From: Lysobacterales bacterium
GTDB lineage: Bacteria; Pseudomonadota; Gammaproteobacteria; Xanthomonadales; SZUA-38
Direction: 5' to 3'
Length of the DNA stretch: 29,502 nt
Assembly: GCA_041633655.1 (NCBI GenBank)
Contig: JBFJNB010000001.1
Coordinates: 1 to 29,502, forward strand
Part shown: one piece after another, positions 20,301 to 27,412 of the stretch
Numbering within the stretch: the stretch's first letter is position 1
Layout: every line of letters begins with the position of its first letter
Notes under the pieces: generated by a model
Told to the model about the DNA's origin: nothing
The model's database searches: none
What the model saw: the letters and a program-made list of their open reading frames with translations, nothing else
Made by a program: the position numbers and the translations under genes

Positions 20301-20928
20301 AAAGGAACTGCTGCTCAAGGAGGTGCACCACCGGGTCAAGAACAACATGCAGGTGGTGTCCAGCCTGCTTCACATCCAGACCGAGACCATCGAGGATCCG
20401 GCCGTCATCGCGATGCTCAACGAGAGCCAGAACCGGATCCGCTCGATGGCGCTGATCCACGAGAGCCTGTATCAGTCCGACAACCTGCTGCAGATCGACT
20501 TCGACGATTACCTGAGGCTTCTGACCGGCAAGCTCAACCGGATTTACGAAACCCCGGGCGTGAGCGTGGCGATCGAAATCGAGTCGCGAGACGTTCAGCT
20601 CGACATCGAGCGCGCGGTGCCGTGCGGGCTGATCGTCAACGAGCTGGTTTCCAACTCGCTCAAACACGCGTTCAAGGGGCGCGACGGCAGCGGTCGGATC
20701 GCGGTTCGGGCGGGGCGCCAGGAATCCCATTTCGTGCTCGAGGTCTGCGATGACGGGGTCGGGTTCCCGGAGGGCGTGGATTTCCGGGAGATGGCCTCGA
20801 TGGGGATGGAGATCGTCTGCATCCTGGCCGGCCAGCTCAAGGGCACGATCGAACTGGAGCGCCAGCATGGCACCTGCTTCGTGATTCGCTTTCCGGTCGG
20901 CGACGAGGATCACTCCGAGGCCGCCTGA
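17332..20928 (+). CDS. Sensor histidine kinase: Reg_prop propellers + Y_Y_Y + TM + PAS + coiled coil + HisKA_2 + HATPase_c
   Basis: Same propeller/Y_Y_Y architecture (YRYRLEGLEDNW...ATYTNLAPG); PAS ending ARDATERK; H-box LLKEVHHRVKNNMQ, N-box ELVSNSLKHAF, G1 VCDDGVGFP. Start overlaps the upstream stop by 11 bp. Confidence 0.92.
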   Translation: MPRSLAAWALAALLAAGAAPAKDNLVFSHLTVDQGLSQEFITAVVQDPYGFIWVGTQEGLNRFDGRRFEVFLNEPGNPQSLPHDWVTDLLVAADGRLWVGTRGGGLSVFDYSRSRFEPFGGLEQGFGQLAIRCLHQDQNRIIWAGTDNDGIVQIDRDGTVARLRHDPLDATSLSDDRVRDVVSDPQGRVWVATEGGGLNLWDDQTGKFEAFRHSPQVADTLSSDRLLSLFAAPDGTIWVGTYDAGLSVVNPFRRSVVRLGHSPEDFFSLSSNRVRVVYQDVDGRIWVGTDNGLDLWDPDRRGFHRYRSESGARGSLSDNRITTLMQDRGGVLWVGTYAGLNNWNARVGSIQHYRREAEAPSSLSSDVITSFAEDRNGRLWVGTWGGGLNRIDLASGQIVHYRAGEGSLADDRVMSLLADRGGRLWVGTLSSGLHRFDADREAFTRYRHDPEDPASISANAITNIFEDSRGWIWVATFGGGLNRLQPDGVFTRYMAGPADEGRLSSNRVIDIAENDDGKLWLATDGGGINIFDPIQERFERVLPDPERPDSLASAAVVSVLITKTDIWLGTRDSGLDRLAQADYRAGRLKFRHYTRQTGLPSNAIQGVLEDDTGMIWLSSNKGITAIAPENDRIRNFREPHGLQGAEFNSGAHYKAQDGTLYFGGNNGFNRFNPRNLFWSSNAYKPPVVLTGLTIFGEAVTFDRPLAEVRSIALNYSDYVVGFEFAALDYTNPEANRYRYRLEGLEDNWNDSGNISRATYTNLAPGRNYMFRVQAANSDGVWSDQELAIAITVRPPPWMTWWAYLVYALLALGVALVVSGLLIRRTRAQTEKRANERLRMYLHCLDEAADAVAILEPDGEIAYHNRALAEMLEHQAGGALRPSQLFASEDSARQALAEVAEHGRWQKTMPRPGDRVDAYLDLTLTQVGMDGAGSAIIAIARDATERKQTEDELKRYRDRLEMLVHKRTQELEQEIGEHKRTENQLRISLDEKELLLKEVHHRVKNNMQVVSSLLHIQTETIEDPAVIAMLNESQNRIRSMALIHESLYQSDNLLQIDFDDYLRLLTGKLNRIYETPGVSVAIEIESRDVQLDIERAVPCGLIVNELVSNSLKHAFKGRDGSGRIAVRAGRQESHFVLEVCDDGVGFPEGVDFREMASMGMEIVCILAGQLKGTIELERQHGTCFVIRFPVGDEDHSEAA

Positions 20929-21857
20929 GCTCGGCCGGCGCGAATCAGCTCCTGGACCGCCGCGAGCGGACGGGGCCAGGGCCTGGCGGCCTGGACTTCC
21001 AGCGGCAGCCCGGCGACCGCGCTGCGCGCGGCGGCACGGTCCGGATAGATCCCATACAGCAGCGCGTAGTACCGCACCCGGTCGCGCTCGAATCCGAACA
21101 CCGCCAGCTCGCCCTCGAGCCGATGATCGTGCACGAAGATTGCGATCCGCGGGCGCTCGCTCAGCGCCACCAGCTGCAGCGTGTAGCGCTCCGGTTCCTG
21201 CGCCAGCAGCCAGTCGGGACCGTTCAACGCGAACCCGGTTGAAGCCCGGCCCGGATCGGCCGCGCGAGACTCGCCGCTCCGCCCAGCGGTATCCGCCGCC
21301 GGTTCCGTCGCCGGCGGCGCCTGGGCCAAGATCTGCAGCGCGCGCGGGTGGCCGTTGGCCGCGGCACGCCGGTACCAGGCCAGCGCCTCGTCCTCGTCGC
21401 GGGCCACGCCGCGCCCGTGAAGGTACTGGGTGCCGAGGTTGAACTGGGCCGGAGCGAAGCCCTGCTCGGCGGCAAGGGTCCACCAGCGCGCGGCCTGCGC
21501 CTCGTCGTGGGGTACCCCGCGCCCGTGGTGGTACGCGTTGCCGAGATTGAACTGGGCCGCGGGCAGGCCCTGCTCGGCGGCGTGGGCGAACCAGAACGCG
21601 GCTTGGGCCTGGTCCTGGGGCACACCGTTGCCCTCCGAGTACAGGATCGCCAGCCCGAACTGGGCCCGCAAGTCGCCTCCGGTAGCCAGCGGAATCCAGA
21701 TCCGGGCCGCGTCGGTGTAGCGGCCGGCGTCGTACGCGTCGCGCCCGGCGCGATAGCCCTCCTGCGCCACCGCCGCCGCCGCGATGGCCAACCACGCCGC
21801 CCCCGCCAGCGCGTGGCTGGCGAATCGGATGAGGCCCGCTGCGCGCAATGGGACCAT
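20910..21857 (-). CDS. Exported Sel1-like repeat protein with a C-terminal DamX-type SPOR domain
   Basis: Signal peptide ending AVAQ; three SLRs (AQFxLGxxYxxGxGVxxDxxxAxxWxxxAAxxG); C-terminal WLLAQEPERYTLQL...YALLYGIYPDRAAARSAVAGLP...PWPRPLAAVQ resembles the DamX SPOR domain. Confidence 0.85.
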   Translation of the reverse strand: MVPLRAAGLIRFASHALAGAAWLAIAAAAVAQEGYRAGRDAYDAGRYTDAARIWIPLATGGDLRAQFGLAILYSEGNGVPQDQAQAAFWFAHAAEQGLPAAQFNLGNAYHHGRGVPHDEAQAARWWTLAAEQGFAPAQFNLGTQYLHGRGVARDEDEALAWYRRAAANGHPRALQILAQAPPATEPAADTAGRSGESRAADPGRASTGFALNGPDWLLAQEPERYTLQLVALSERPRIAIFVHDHRLEGELAVFGFERDRVRYYALLYGIYPDRAAARSAVAGLPLEVQAARPWPRPLAAVQELIRAGRAQAASE

Positions 21858-21976
21858 CGGGTCTGGCCTGGCCTGGGTGGCCCATTATAGGAGAATCGGG
21901 CGCTGCGGAAATTACGGATACTTCGAAGCCGCACCCGGGGCTAGAGTGAAAGTCGGGCCGGTCGTTGGAGCCAGTC

Positions 21977-22525
21977 ATGCATAGCTTTATCGGTGATTTG
22001 CGCCGCGAGCACGGGGAGATCATCACCCTGATGAAGATCCTGTCCGCGGAAGTGCACCGGATTGCCGGCGACGAGGTCCCGAACTATCGCGTGATGCACG
22101 ACATCCTGTTCTACATGACCCGCTATCCGGACCTGTTTCACCATCCGAAGGAAGAACTGCTGTTCGATCGCCTGCTCGAGCGCACCGACGAGCCCCGGGA
22201 ACTGATCGCGCAACTGCGCGACGAGCACGTCGAGATTGCCGCGAAGGGGACACGATTGCTGGAGCTGTTGCGCTCGGTGCTCAGCGAGCAGGTCGTCAGT
22301 CAGCGGGAAATCTATGCCACGTTGAACGACTACGTGCGCGGCCAGCGATTCCACATCAGCAACGAGGAGACCGACGTATTCAGGCTGGCCGAGGACCACC
22401 TGACCGAGGCCGACTGGGAGGAGTTGAACTTGCGCATCGAAACCGACTTCGGAGAGTTTTCGCGCGAGCTGTCGGCCCGCTACGCGCGGATGCACCAAGA
22501 CATCTGCGCCGAAGCGACAGGATAG
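21977..22525 (+). CDS. Hemerythrin/HHE cation-binding domain protein
   Basis: Metal-ligand pattern LRREH...HHPKEE...LRDEH...HISNEE; GGAG RBS before ATG 21977. Confidence 0.85.
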   Translation: MHSFIGDLRREHGEIITLMKILSAEVHRIAGDEVPNYRVMHDILFYMTRYPDLFHHPKEELLFDRLLERTDEPRELIAQLRDEHVEIAAKGTRLLELLRSVLSEQVVSQREIYATLNDYVRGQRFHISNEETDVFRLAEDHLTEADWEELNLRIETDFGEFSRELSARYARMHQDICAEATG

Positions 22526-22541
22526 CCTTACGGTTTCCGGG

Positions 22542-23276
22542 CTAACGCCCGAAAACCGCCTGCAATAGATCGCTGGTGCGCGCCAGCGGGTCCTCGCGGA
22601 TCAGCTTTTCCTGCTCGGCCACATGGTGGAACAGGCCGTCGAGCGCCTTGTCGGTAACGAACCGGTCCAGGTCGGTGTCCTCGGAGTCGATCAGCGAGCC
22701 GAGCATGCCGCTGCCCTTGGACTGGAGTTTCTTGTAACTCGCGGTGACCCCGGTCGACTCGGTGGCCTGGCGCACGATCGGCAGCAGGCGCTCCACCAGT
22801 GCCGGCTCGGAGGTGCGGCGGAAATACTGGGTAGCTGCGTCGTCGGGGCCCGAGACGATCTGGGCCGCCTCCTCGATCGTCATCTGCTCGATCGCGGCGG
22901 AGAAGATCTCGGCCGCTGCCGGCACCGCCTGCTCGGCGGCCCGGTTCATCGTCTGCTGGAAGTCGTCGACATAGCGGTCGGCGCCCAGGCGCCGCGCGGC
23001 CTTGGCCAGCGGTGCCACCGAGTCCGGAACCGGGATGCGCACCAGCTCGTCGCCCCAGAACCCGTCCTCGCGGCCGAGCGTTTCGATCGCGACCTTGACC
23101 CCCTTGGACAGGGCCTCGCGCAGGCCGTCGGCCATCTGGCCCTCGCCCAGTTCCGCCGGTTCCTCGGACTCCTGCTCGCCGCCGAAGACCGACTTCAGTT
23201 TGTCCTTGAAACCGGCGTGGGCACCGAAGCTCCCCGCCAGCAGGGCCGCAAGCAAAAACCGCATCGTCACTTTCAT
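22542..23276 (-). CDS. DUF4197 family exported protein
   Basis: GLREALSKG...LGREDGF...VRIPVP...MNRAAEQAVP...MTIEEAAQIVSGPDDAATQYF...KALDGLF...EKLIREDP...LLQAVFG family pattern; signal peptide ending AHA; GAGGG RBS before ATG 23276. Confidence 0.88.
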   Translation of the reverse strand: MKVTMRFLLAALLAGSFGAHAGFKDKLKSVFGGEQESEEPAELGEGQMADGLREALSKGVKVAIETLGREDGFWGDELVRIPVPDSVAPLAKAARRLGADRYVDDFQQTMNRAAEQAVPAAAEIFSAAIEQMTIEEAAQIVSGPDDAATQYFRRTSEPALVERLLPIVRQATESTGVTASYKKLQSKGSGMLGSLIDSEDTDLDRFVTDKALDGLFHHVAEQEKLIREDPLARTSDLLQAVFGR

Positions 23277-23414
23277 TGAACCACCCTCTCTGGTGTTGTC
23301 GCGAGCGCGCATGATAATCGAGGAAGGGCCGGGGTCGGGGAGCGGCCGACACTATTTGACAATCGCCGCGGGCGCGACACGGGTCCGGAAATTGGTTATA
23401 TTCAGTCCCTACGT

Positions 23415-23513
23415 AATCCCCAAGGGGTGGCCGTGAACGCGGCCTGAGACGCCTTCTCAACGGGAGGCGAACCCTTCGAACCTGATCCGGTTAATGCCGG
23501 CGTAGGAATGGGC
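23415..23513 (+). ncRNA. TPP (thi-box) riboswitch aptamer
   Basis: GGGGTG...CTGAGA...ACCCTTCGAACCTGATCCGGTTAATGCCGGCGTAGGAA contains all conserved TPP segments, upstream of thiamine uptake genes. Confidence 0.95.
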
Positions 23514-23535
23514 ACCCTCCGAGGCCGCCGTTACC

Positions 23536-23561
23536 GGATCTCCGAAAAGCCTGGGAGATCC
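23536..23561 (+). promoter_or_regulatory. RBS-sequestering hairpin (riboswitch expression platform)
   Basis: GGATCTCC (23536-23543) pairs with GGAGATCC (23554-23561), which covers the GGAG SD directly before ATG 23562. Confidence 0.8.
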
Positions 23562-25610
23562 ATGAACCAGCTACCGATTCTGATCTTTCTCGCCGCCGCA
23601 GCGAGCGGCGAAGAGCAGCCGCGGGTGGAGGAGATCACGGTCACCGCCGACCTGCGCGCCGACACCCCGCTGCGCGAGTTGCCGGTCTCGGCCACGGTGC
23701 TGGACGAGGCGTCCCTGCGCGAGGCCGGCGAGCAGCACTTCCAGGAGACCCTGGAGCTGATTCCGAACCTGAACTGGTCCTCGGCGACCAACCGCCCGCG
23801 CTTCCTGCAGATCCGCGGCATCGGCGAGCGCAGCCAGTACGAGGGCGCGCCCAATCCGTCGGTCGGGTTCGTGATCGACGACATCGACTTCTCCGGCATT
23901 GGCACGCTCGCGACGCTGTTCGATACCGAGCGGGTCGAGGTTCTGCGAGGCCCGCAGGGGACCCGCTACGGGGCCAGCGCGCTGGCGGGGCTGGTCTACG
24001 TGCGTACCGCAGAGCCGACGTTCACCCCCGAGTTGCGGCTGCAGGGCCTGATCGGCGACGACGGCGCCCGCGCCGCCGGGGTGGCGGCCGGCGGGCCGCT
24101 CGGGCAGGATTCGACCGCGGCCTATCGGGTGTCGCTGCACCGCTATGCCGCCAACGGCTTCCGGTTCAACGACTACCTGATGAGCGATTCGACCAACGAG
24201 CGCCTCGAGACCGCGGCCCGGGCCCGGCTGCGCTGGCTGCCGAGCCCCGCGCTGAAACTGGATTTCAGCGCGCTTTACGCCGACATCGACAACGGCTTCG
24301 ATGCGTTCGCCCCGGAAAACACCTTCGTGGTGCACAGCGACCAACCCGGCCGCGACGCCCAGCGCTCGCTGGGTCTGGCACTGCGCGCGACCTGGACCGG
24401 CTGGGAGTGGGCCGAACTGGTCAGCATCAGCTCGGCGGCCGAGTCCGACGTCGACTACAGCTTCGACGGCGACTGGGGCAACCCGACGTACTGGGGCGAG
24501 TTCTCACCCTACGACTTCACCTCGGCGACCGACCGCGAGCGGCGTACCGTCAGCCAGGAACTCCGGCTGGTGGCTCCCCATTGGGTGGCCGGCGTTTATC
24601 TGTTGAAACTCGAGGAGTCCAACCGGTTCAACGACCGGTTCAACGGCGAGGTGTTCCGGACCCTCGTGAGCGACTACGAGGCGCTGTCGGCGGCGGCGTT
24701 CGGCCAGCTCGATCATCGCCTCGGCGAGCGCGGTACGCTGACCCTGGGTCTGAGGCTGGAGCGCCGGGCCGCCGATTACGTCGACGACGGCGGCCTCGAC
24801 CTGGAACCGCGCGACACGATGGCCGGCGGGCGCCTCGCGCTGGCCCGCGACCTCGGCGCCGGTCAGCGCGCCTACCTGTCGCTGGCGCGCGGGTACAAGG
24901 CGGGCGGCTTCAATCTGGGCTTGAGCGTCCCGGAGGCGCGGCGCGAGTTCGCACCCGAGCAATTGTGGAGCCTGGAAGCCGGGCTCAAGGGCTCGTTCCA
25001 GGACGGGCGGCTCAGTACCCAGTTGGCGCTGTTCCACGCGTGGCGTGACGACATCCAGGTCGAAACCTCGTTCCAGGTCGACCCGACCGACCCGCTGACG
25101 TTCGTATTCTTCACCGACAACGCCGCCAGCGGGGTCAACTACGGCCTGGAGGCCGAGTTTCGCTACCACGCCGGGTCGTGGGACGCGTTCGGCGCGCTGG
25201 GGCTTCTGAAGACCCGGTTCGAGGACTTCGCCACCCCCGAGCGGGATCTCGCCGGCCGCAAGCAGGCCCACGCGCCCGGCTATCAGCTCGCGCTCGGCGG
25301 CGAATACCGGTTCGGCCGCGGCTGGTTCGCGCGCGCGGAGCTGACCGCCCGCGACGAGTTCTTCTACTCCGACAGCCACGACCAGGTGTCCGAGCCGTAT
25401 GAGCTGGTCAACCTGAAGCTCGGGTACCGCGGGCAGCGCTGGGAAGTCTACGCCTGGGGCCGCAACGTGTTCGACCAGGACTATGCTACCCGGGGGTTCT
25501 TCTTCGGGCTGGAGCCACCCGAGTATCCGAACCGGCTGTACCTGCAAAAGGGCGATCCGCGGCACCTCGGGATCACGCTGCGCTGGCAACTGGGAGGAGA
25601 ACCCGAATGA
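23562..25610 (+). CDS. TonB-dependent receptor, probable thiamine uptake
   Basis: TonB box EEITVTA; plug IRGIG...VGFVIDD...RVEVLRGPQGTRYG; barrel RGYKAGGFN, GRNVFDQDY. TPP riboswitch upstream and PnuT/kinase downstream. Confidence 0.9.
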   Translation: MNQLPILIFLAAAASGEEQPRVEEITVTADLRADTPLRELPVSATVLDEASLREAGEQHFQETLELIPNLNWSSATNRPRFLQIRGIGERSQYEGAPNPSVGFVIDDIDFSGIGTLATLFDTERVEVLRGPQGTRYGASALAGLVYVRTAEPTFTPELRLQGLIGDDGARAAGVAAGGPLGQDSTAAYRVSLHRYAANGFRFNDYLMSDSTNERLETAARARLRWLPSPALKLDFSALYADIDNGFDAFAPENTFVVHSDQPGRDAQRSLGLALRATWTGWEWAELVSISSAAESDVDYSFDGDWGNPTYWGEFSPYDFTSATDRERRTVSQELRLVAPHWVAGVYLLKLEESNRFNDRFNGEVFRTLVSDYEALSAAAFGQLDHRLGERGTLTLGLRLERRAADYVDDGGLDLEPRDTMAGGRLALARDLGAGQRAYLSLARGYKAGGFNLGLSVPEARREFAPEQLWSLEAGLKGSFQDGRLSTQLALFHAWRDDIQVETSFQVDPTDPLTFVFFTDNAASGVNYGLEAEFRYHAGSWDAFGALGLLKTRFEDFATPERDLAGRKQAHAPGYQLALGGEYRFGRGWFARAELTARDEFFYSDSHDQVSEPYELVNLKLGYRGQRWEVYAWGRNVFDQDYATRGFFFGLEPPEYPNRLYLQKGDPRHLGITLRWQLGGEPE

Positions 25611-25852
25611 ACGTATCCGTCGAGATCAGCCTGTACCCGCTGGCGGCCGACTACGTGCCGCCGATCCGTGATTTCATCGAGCGCCTGAACCGCCATCCGG
25701 GGCTTCAGGTGACGACCCATCGGATGAGCACCGAGGTCCATGGCCCGTACCGGCAGGTGATGGCCGCGCTCAGCGAGGAAATGCAGCGGAGCCATCGCGA
25801 TCAGCGCGCGGTGTTCGTGCTGAAGGTGCTCGGCGGCGAGCCGCCGGAATAA
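25607..25852 (+). CDS. YkoF/MTH1187-like thiamine-binding protein
   Basis: MNVSVEISLYPL...FIERL...MSTEVHG...VFVLK pattern; GGAGGA RBS; ATGA overlap with the TBDR stop. Confidence 0.82.
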   Translation: MNVSVEISLYPLAADYVPPIRDFIERLNRHPGLQVTTHRMSTEVHGPYRQVMAALSEEMQRSHRDQRAVFVLKVLGGEPPE

Positions 25853-25862
25853 TCAGACCTCC

Positions 25863-26438
25863 GTGGGAGCCGTCACTCTGGAACACCTGGCCGCGCTGCT
25901 GGCGGTCATGTACCTGCTGCTCGCGGTGCGTGAAAACATCTGGTGCTGGGCCTGCGCATTCCTGAGCACCGCCCTTTACGTCTACGTGTTCTATGGCGTG
26001 GCGCTGATGTCCGAGTCGCTGTTGAACGGCTTCTACCTGGTGATGGCGGTGTACGGCTGGTGGCAGTGGCGCCGGGGCGGCGGCGATCGGGGTGAGCTGC
26101 CGATCCAGTCGTGGTCGTGGCGCCGCCCCCGGGGGGTGATCGGCGCGACCGCGCTGTGGGTGCCGCCGCTGGGCTGGTACATGCAGACCCGCCACGGCGC
26201 GGCGTTGCCGTACCTGGATGCGTTCACCACCTGCTTCGCGGTGGTCACCACGTTCATGGTCGCACGCAAGGTGCTGGAGAACTGGATCTACTGGTTCGTG
26301 ATCGACTCGGTCTCGATCTACCTTTATCTGGTGAAAGGGCTCTATTCGACCGCGGCGCTGTTCGGCCTCTACCTGGTGCTGATCGTGCTCGGCTGGAGGC
26401 GCTGGCGCCGCAATTTTCTGGCGCAGCAGGCGGCGTGA
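25863..26438 (+). CDS. pnuT: PnuC-family transporter, thiamine-type (PnuT) by context
   Basis: Multi-TM protein with ENIWCW, YGWWQW, LDAFTT and RKVLENWIYWFVID (WxxW) motifs; lies in a TPP-controlled operon. Confidence 0.85.
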   Translation: MGAVTLEHLAALLAVMYLLLAVRENIWCWACAFLSTALYVYVFYGVALMSESLLNGFYLVMAVYGWWQWRRGGGDRGELPIQSWSWRRPRGVIGATALWVPPLGWYMQTRHGAALPYLDAFTTCFAVVTTFMVARKVLENWIYWFVIDSVSIYLYLVKGLYSTAALFGLYLVLIVLGWRRWRRNFLAQQAA

Positions 26439-27271
26439 CCGGGCACCCGGACATCGACGCCCGCCTCGAAGCGATCCCGCAGCTCACCGCCGCCGGAGTG
26501 CGCGGCTGGCGGGTGCTCGCGCAAGGGTGGTCCAATCTGAGCCTGCGGGTCGAAACCGACCGCGGCCGCTGGGTGGTGCGCCTGAACCGCGAGGTGCCCG
26601 GGGTCGACCGCGAGGTCGAGGCCCGGGTGCTCGCGGCGGCCGCGCCGGCCGGCCTGGCGCCGCCGGTGATCGCCTGCGATCCACGCGCCGGCTATCTGAT
26701 CACCGAATACCTCGATGCACCCGCCTGGCGCCGCCGGGACCTGGACCGGCCCGGCCGGCTGGACCGGCTTGCGCGCCGCGTGCGCCGGCTGCACCAACTC
26801 GAAGTCGAGGTGCCGCCGTTGGACGTCCCCGCGACGATCGACGGCTATCTGGCTCGCGCCGGGGCGGTTGCCCCGGAACTTCGCGCCGCCGCGGCGAGGC
26901 TGCTGGCCGAACTCGAGGCCGCCGGCTACTTCGACTGCCGCACGGTGCTGTGCCACCATGACCTCAATGTTGGGAACATCATCGGCGAGGCCCCGATCCG
27001 GTTCGTCGACTGGGAATTCGCCCGCCGGGGCCATCCGGCTCTGGACTTAGGGTTCGTCATCCAGTATCACGATCTGCCGGCAGACTCGGCCGCGGCGCTG
27101 GCCGCGGCCTATTACGGCAGCGCCGCCCGGGATGCACCCGAGCAGGTCGCGCTGGCGGTACGTCTGGCACAATTGCTGGAGCTTTCATGGCTGAGCGCGC
27201 GGGCGGCGCAGGGCGACCTCGATCCCGGCGCGCGCGAGCGTCTGAAGCGCCTGGCCCAGGCGCGTTCGTGA
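26435..27271 (+). CDS. Choline/aminoglycoside phosphotransferase-fold kinase, probable thiamine kinase
   Basis: GWSNLSL, VDREVE, LCHHDLNVGNI (Brenner motif) and FVDWEFA; GTG start overlaps the pnuT TGA. The ORF-track start at 26111 overlaps pnuT and was not used. Confidence 0.82.
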   Translation: MTGHPDIDARLEAIPQLTAAGVRGWRVLAQGWSNLSLRVETDRGRWVVRLNREVPGVDREVEARVLAAAAPAGLAPPVIACDPRAGYLITEYLDAPAWRRRDLDRPGRLDRLARRVRRLHQLEVEVPPLDVPATIDGYLARAGAVAPELRAAAARLLAELEAAGYFDCRTVLCHHDLNVGNIIGEAPIRFVDWEFARRGHPALDLGFVIQYHDLPADSAAALAAAYYGSAARDAPEQVALAVRLAQLLELSWLSARAAQGDLDPGARERLKRLAQARS

Positions 27272-27412
27272 ATCCGATGAAGGCGATGGAGAATCGGGCA
27301 CATCCGTGTGCCCTGTCAGCACGGGAGGACGAAATCGGAGGGAGGGGGGAGATCTCCGATTTCTACGAAAAGTATAATACGTTATGCTTCGTATAACAAT
27401 GGACCAAAAGTC

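Noticed and set aside
26111-26434. Longer start for the kinase, and 27308 start for the second TBDR
   Set aside because: The kinase extension overlaps pnuT out of frame, and GTG 26435 gives a coupled start. The TBDR extension runs through hairpins and a promoter-like region before the hydrophobic signal begins at ATG 27413.
27272-27340. Hammerhead ribozyme (CCGATGA...GACGAAA)
   Set aside because: The core should be CUGAUGA, and I could not build the three stems.
27364-27397. Resemblance to loxP arms (CTTCGTATAA, TACGAA)
   Set aside because: The arms are not arranged as 13-8-13 inverted repeats, and no recombinase is nearby.
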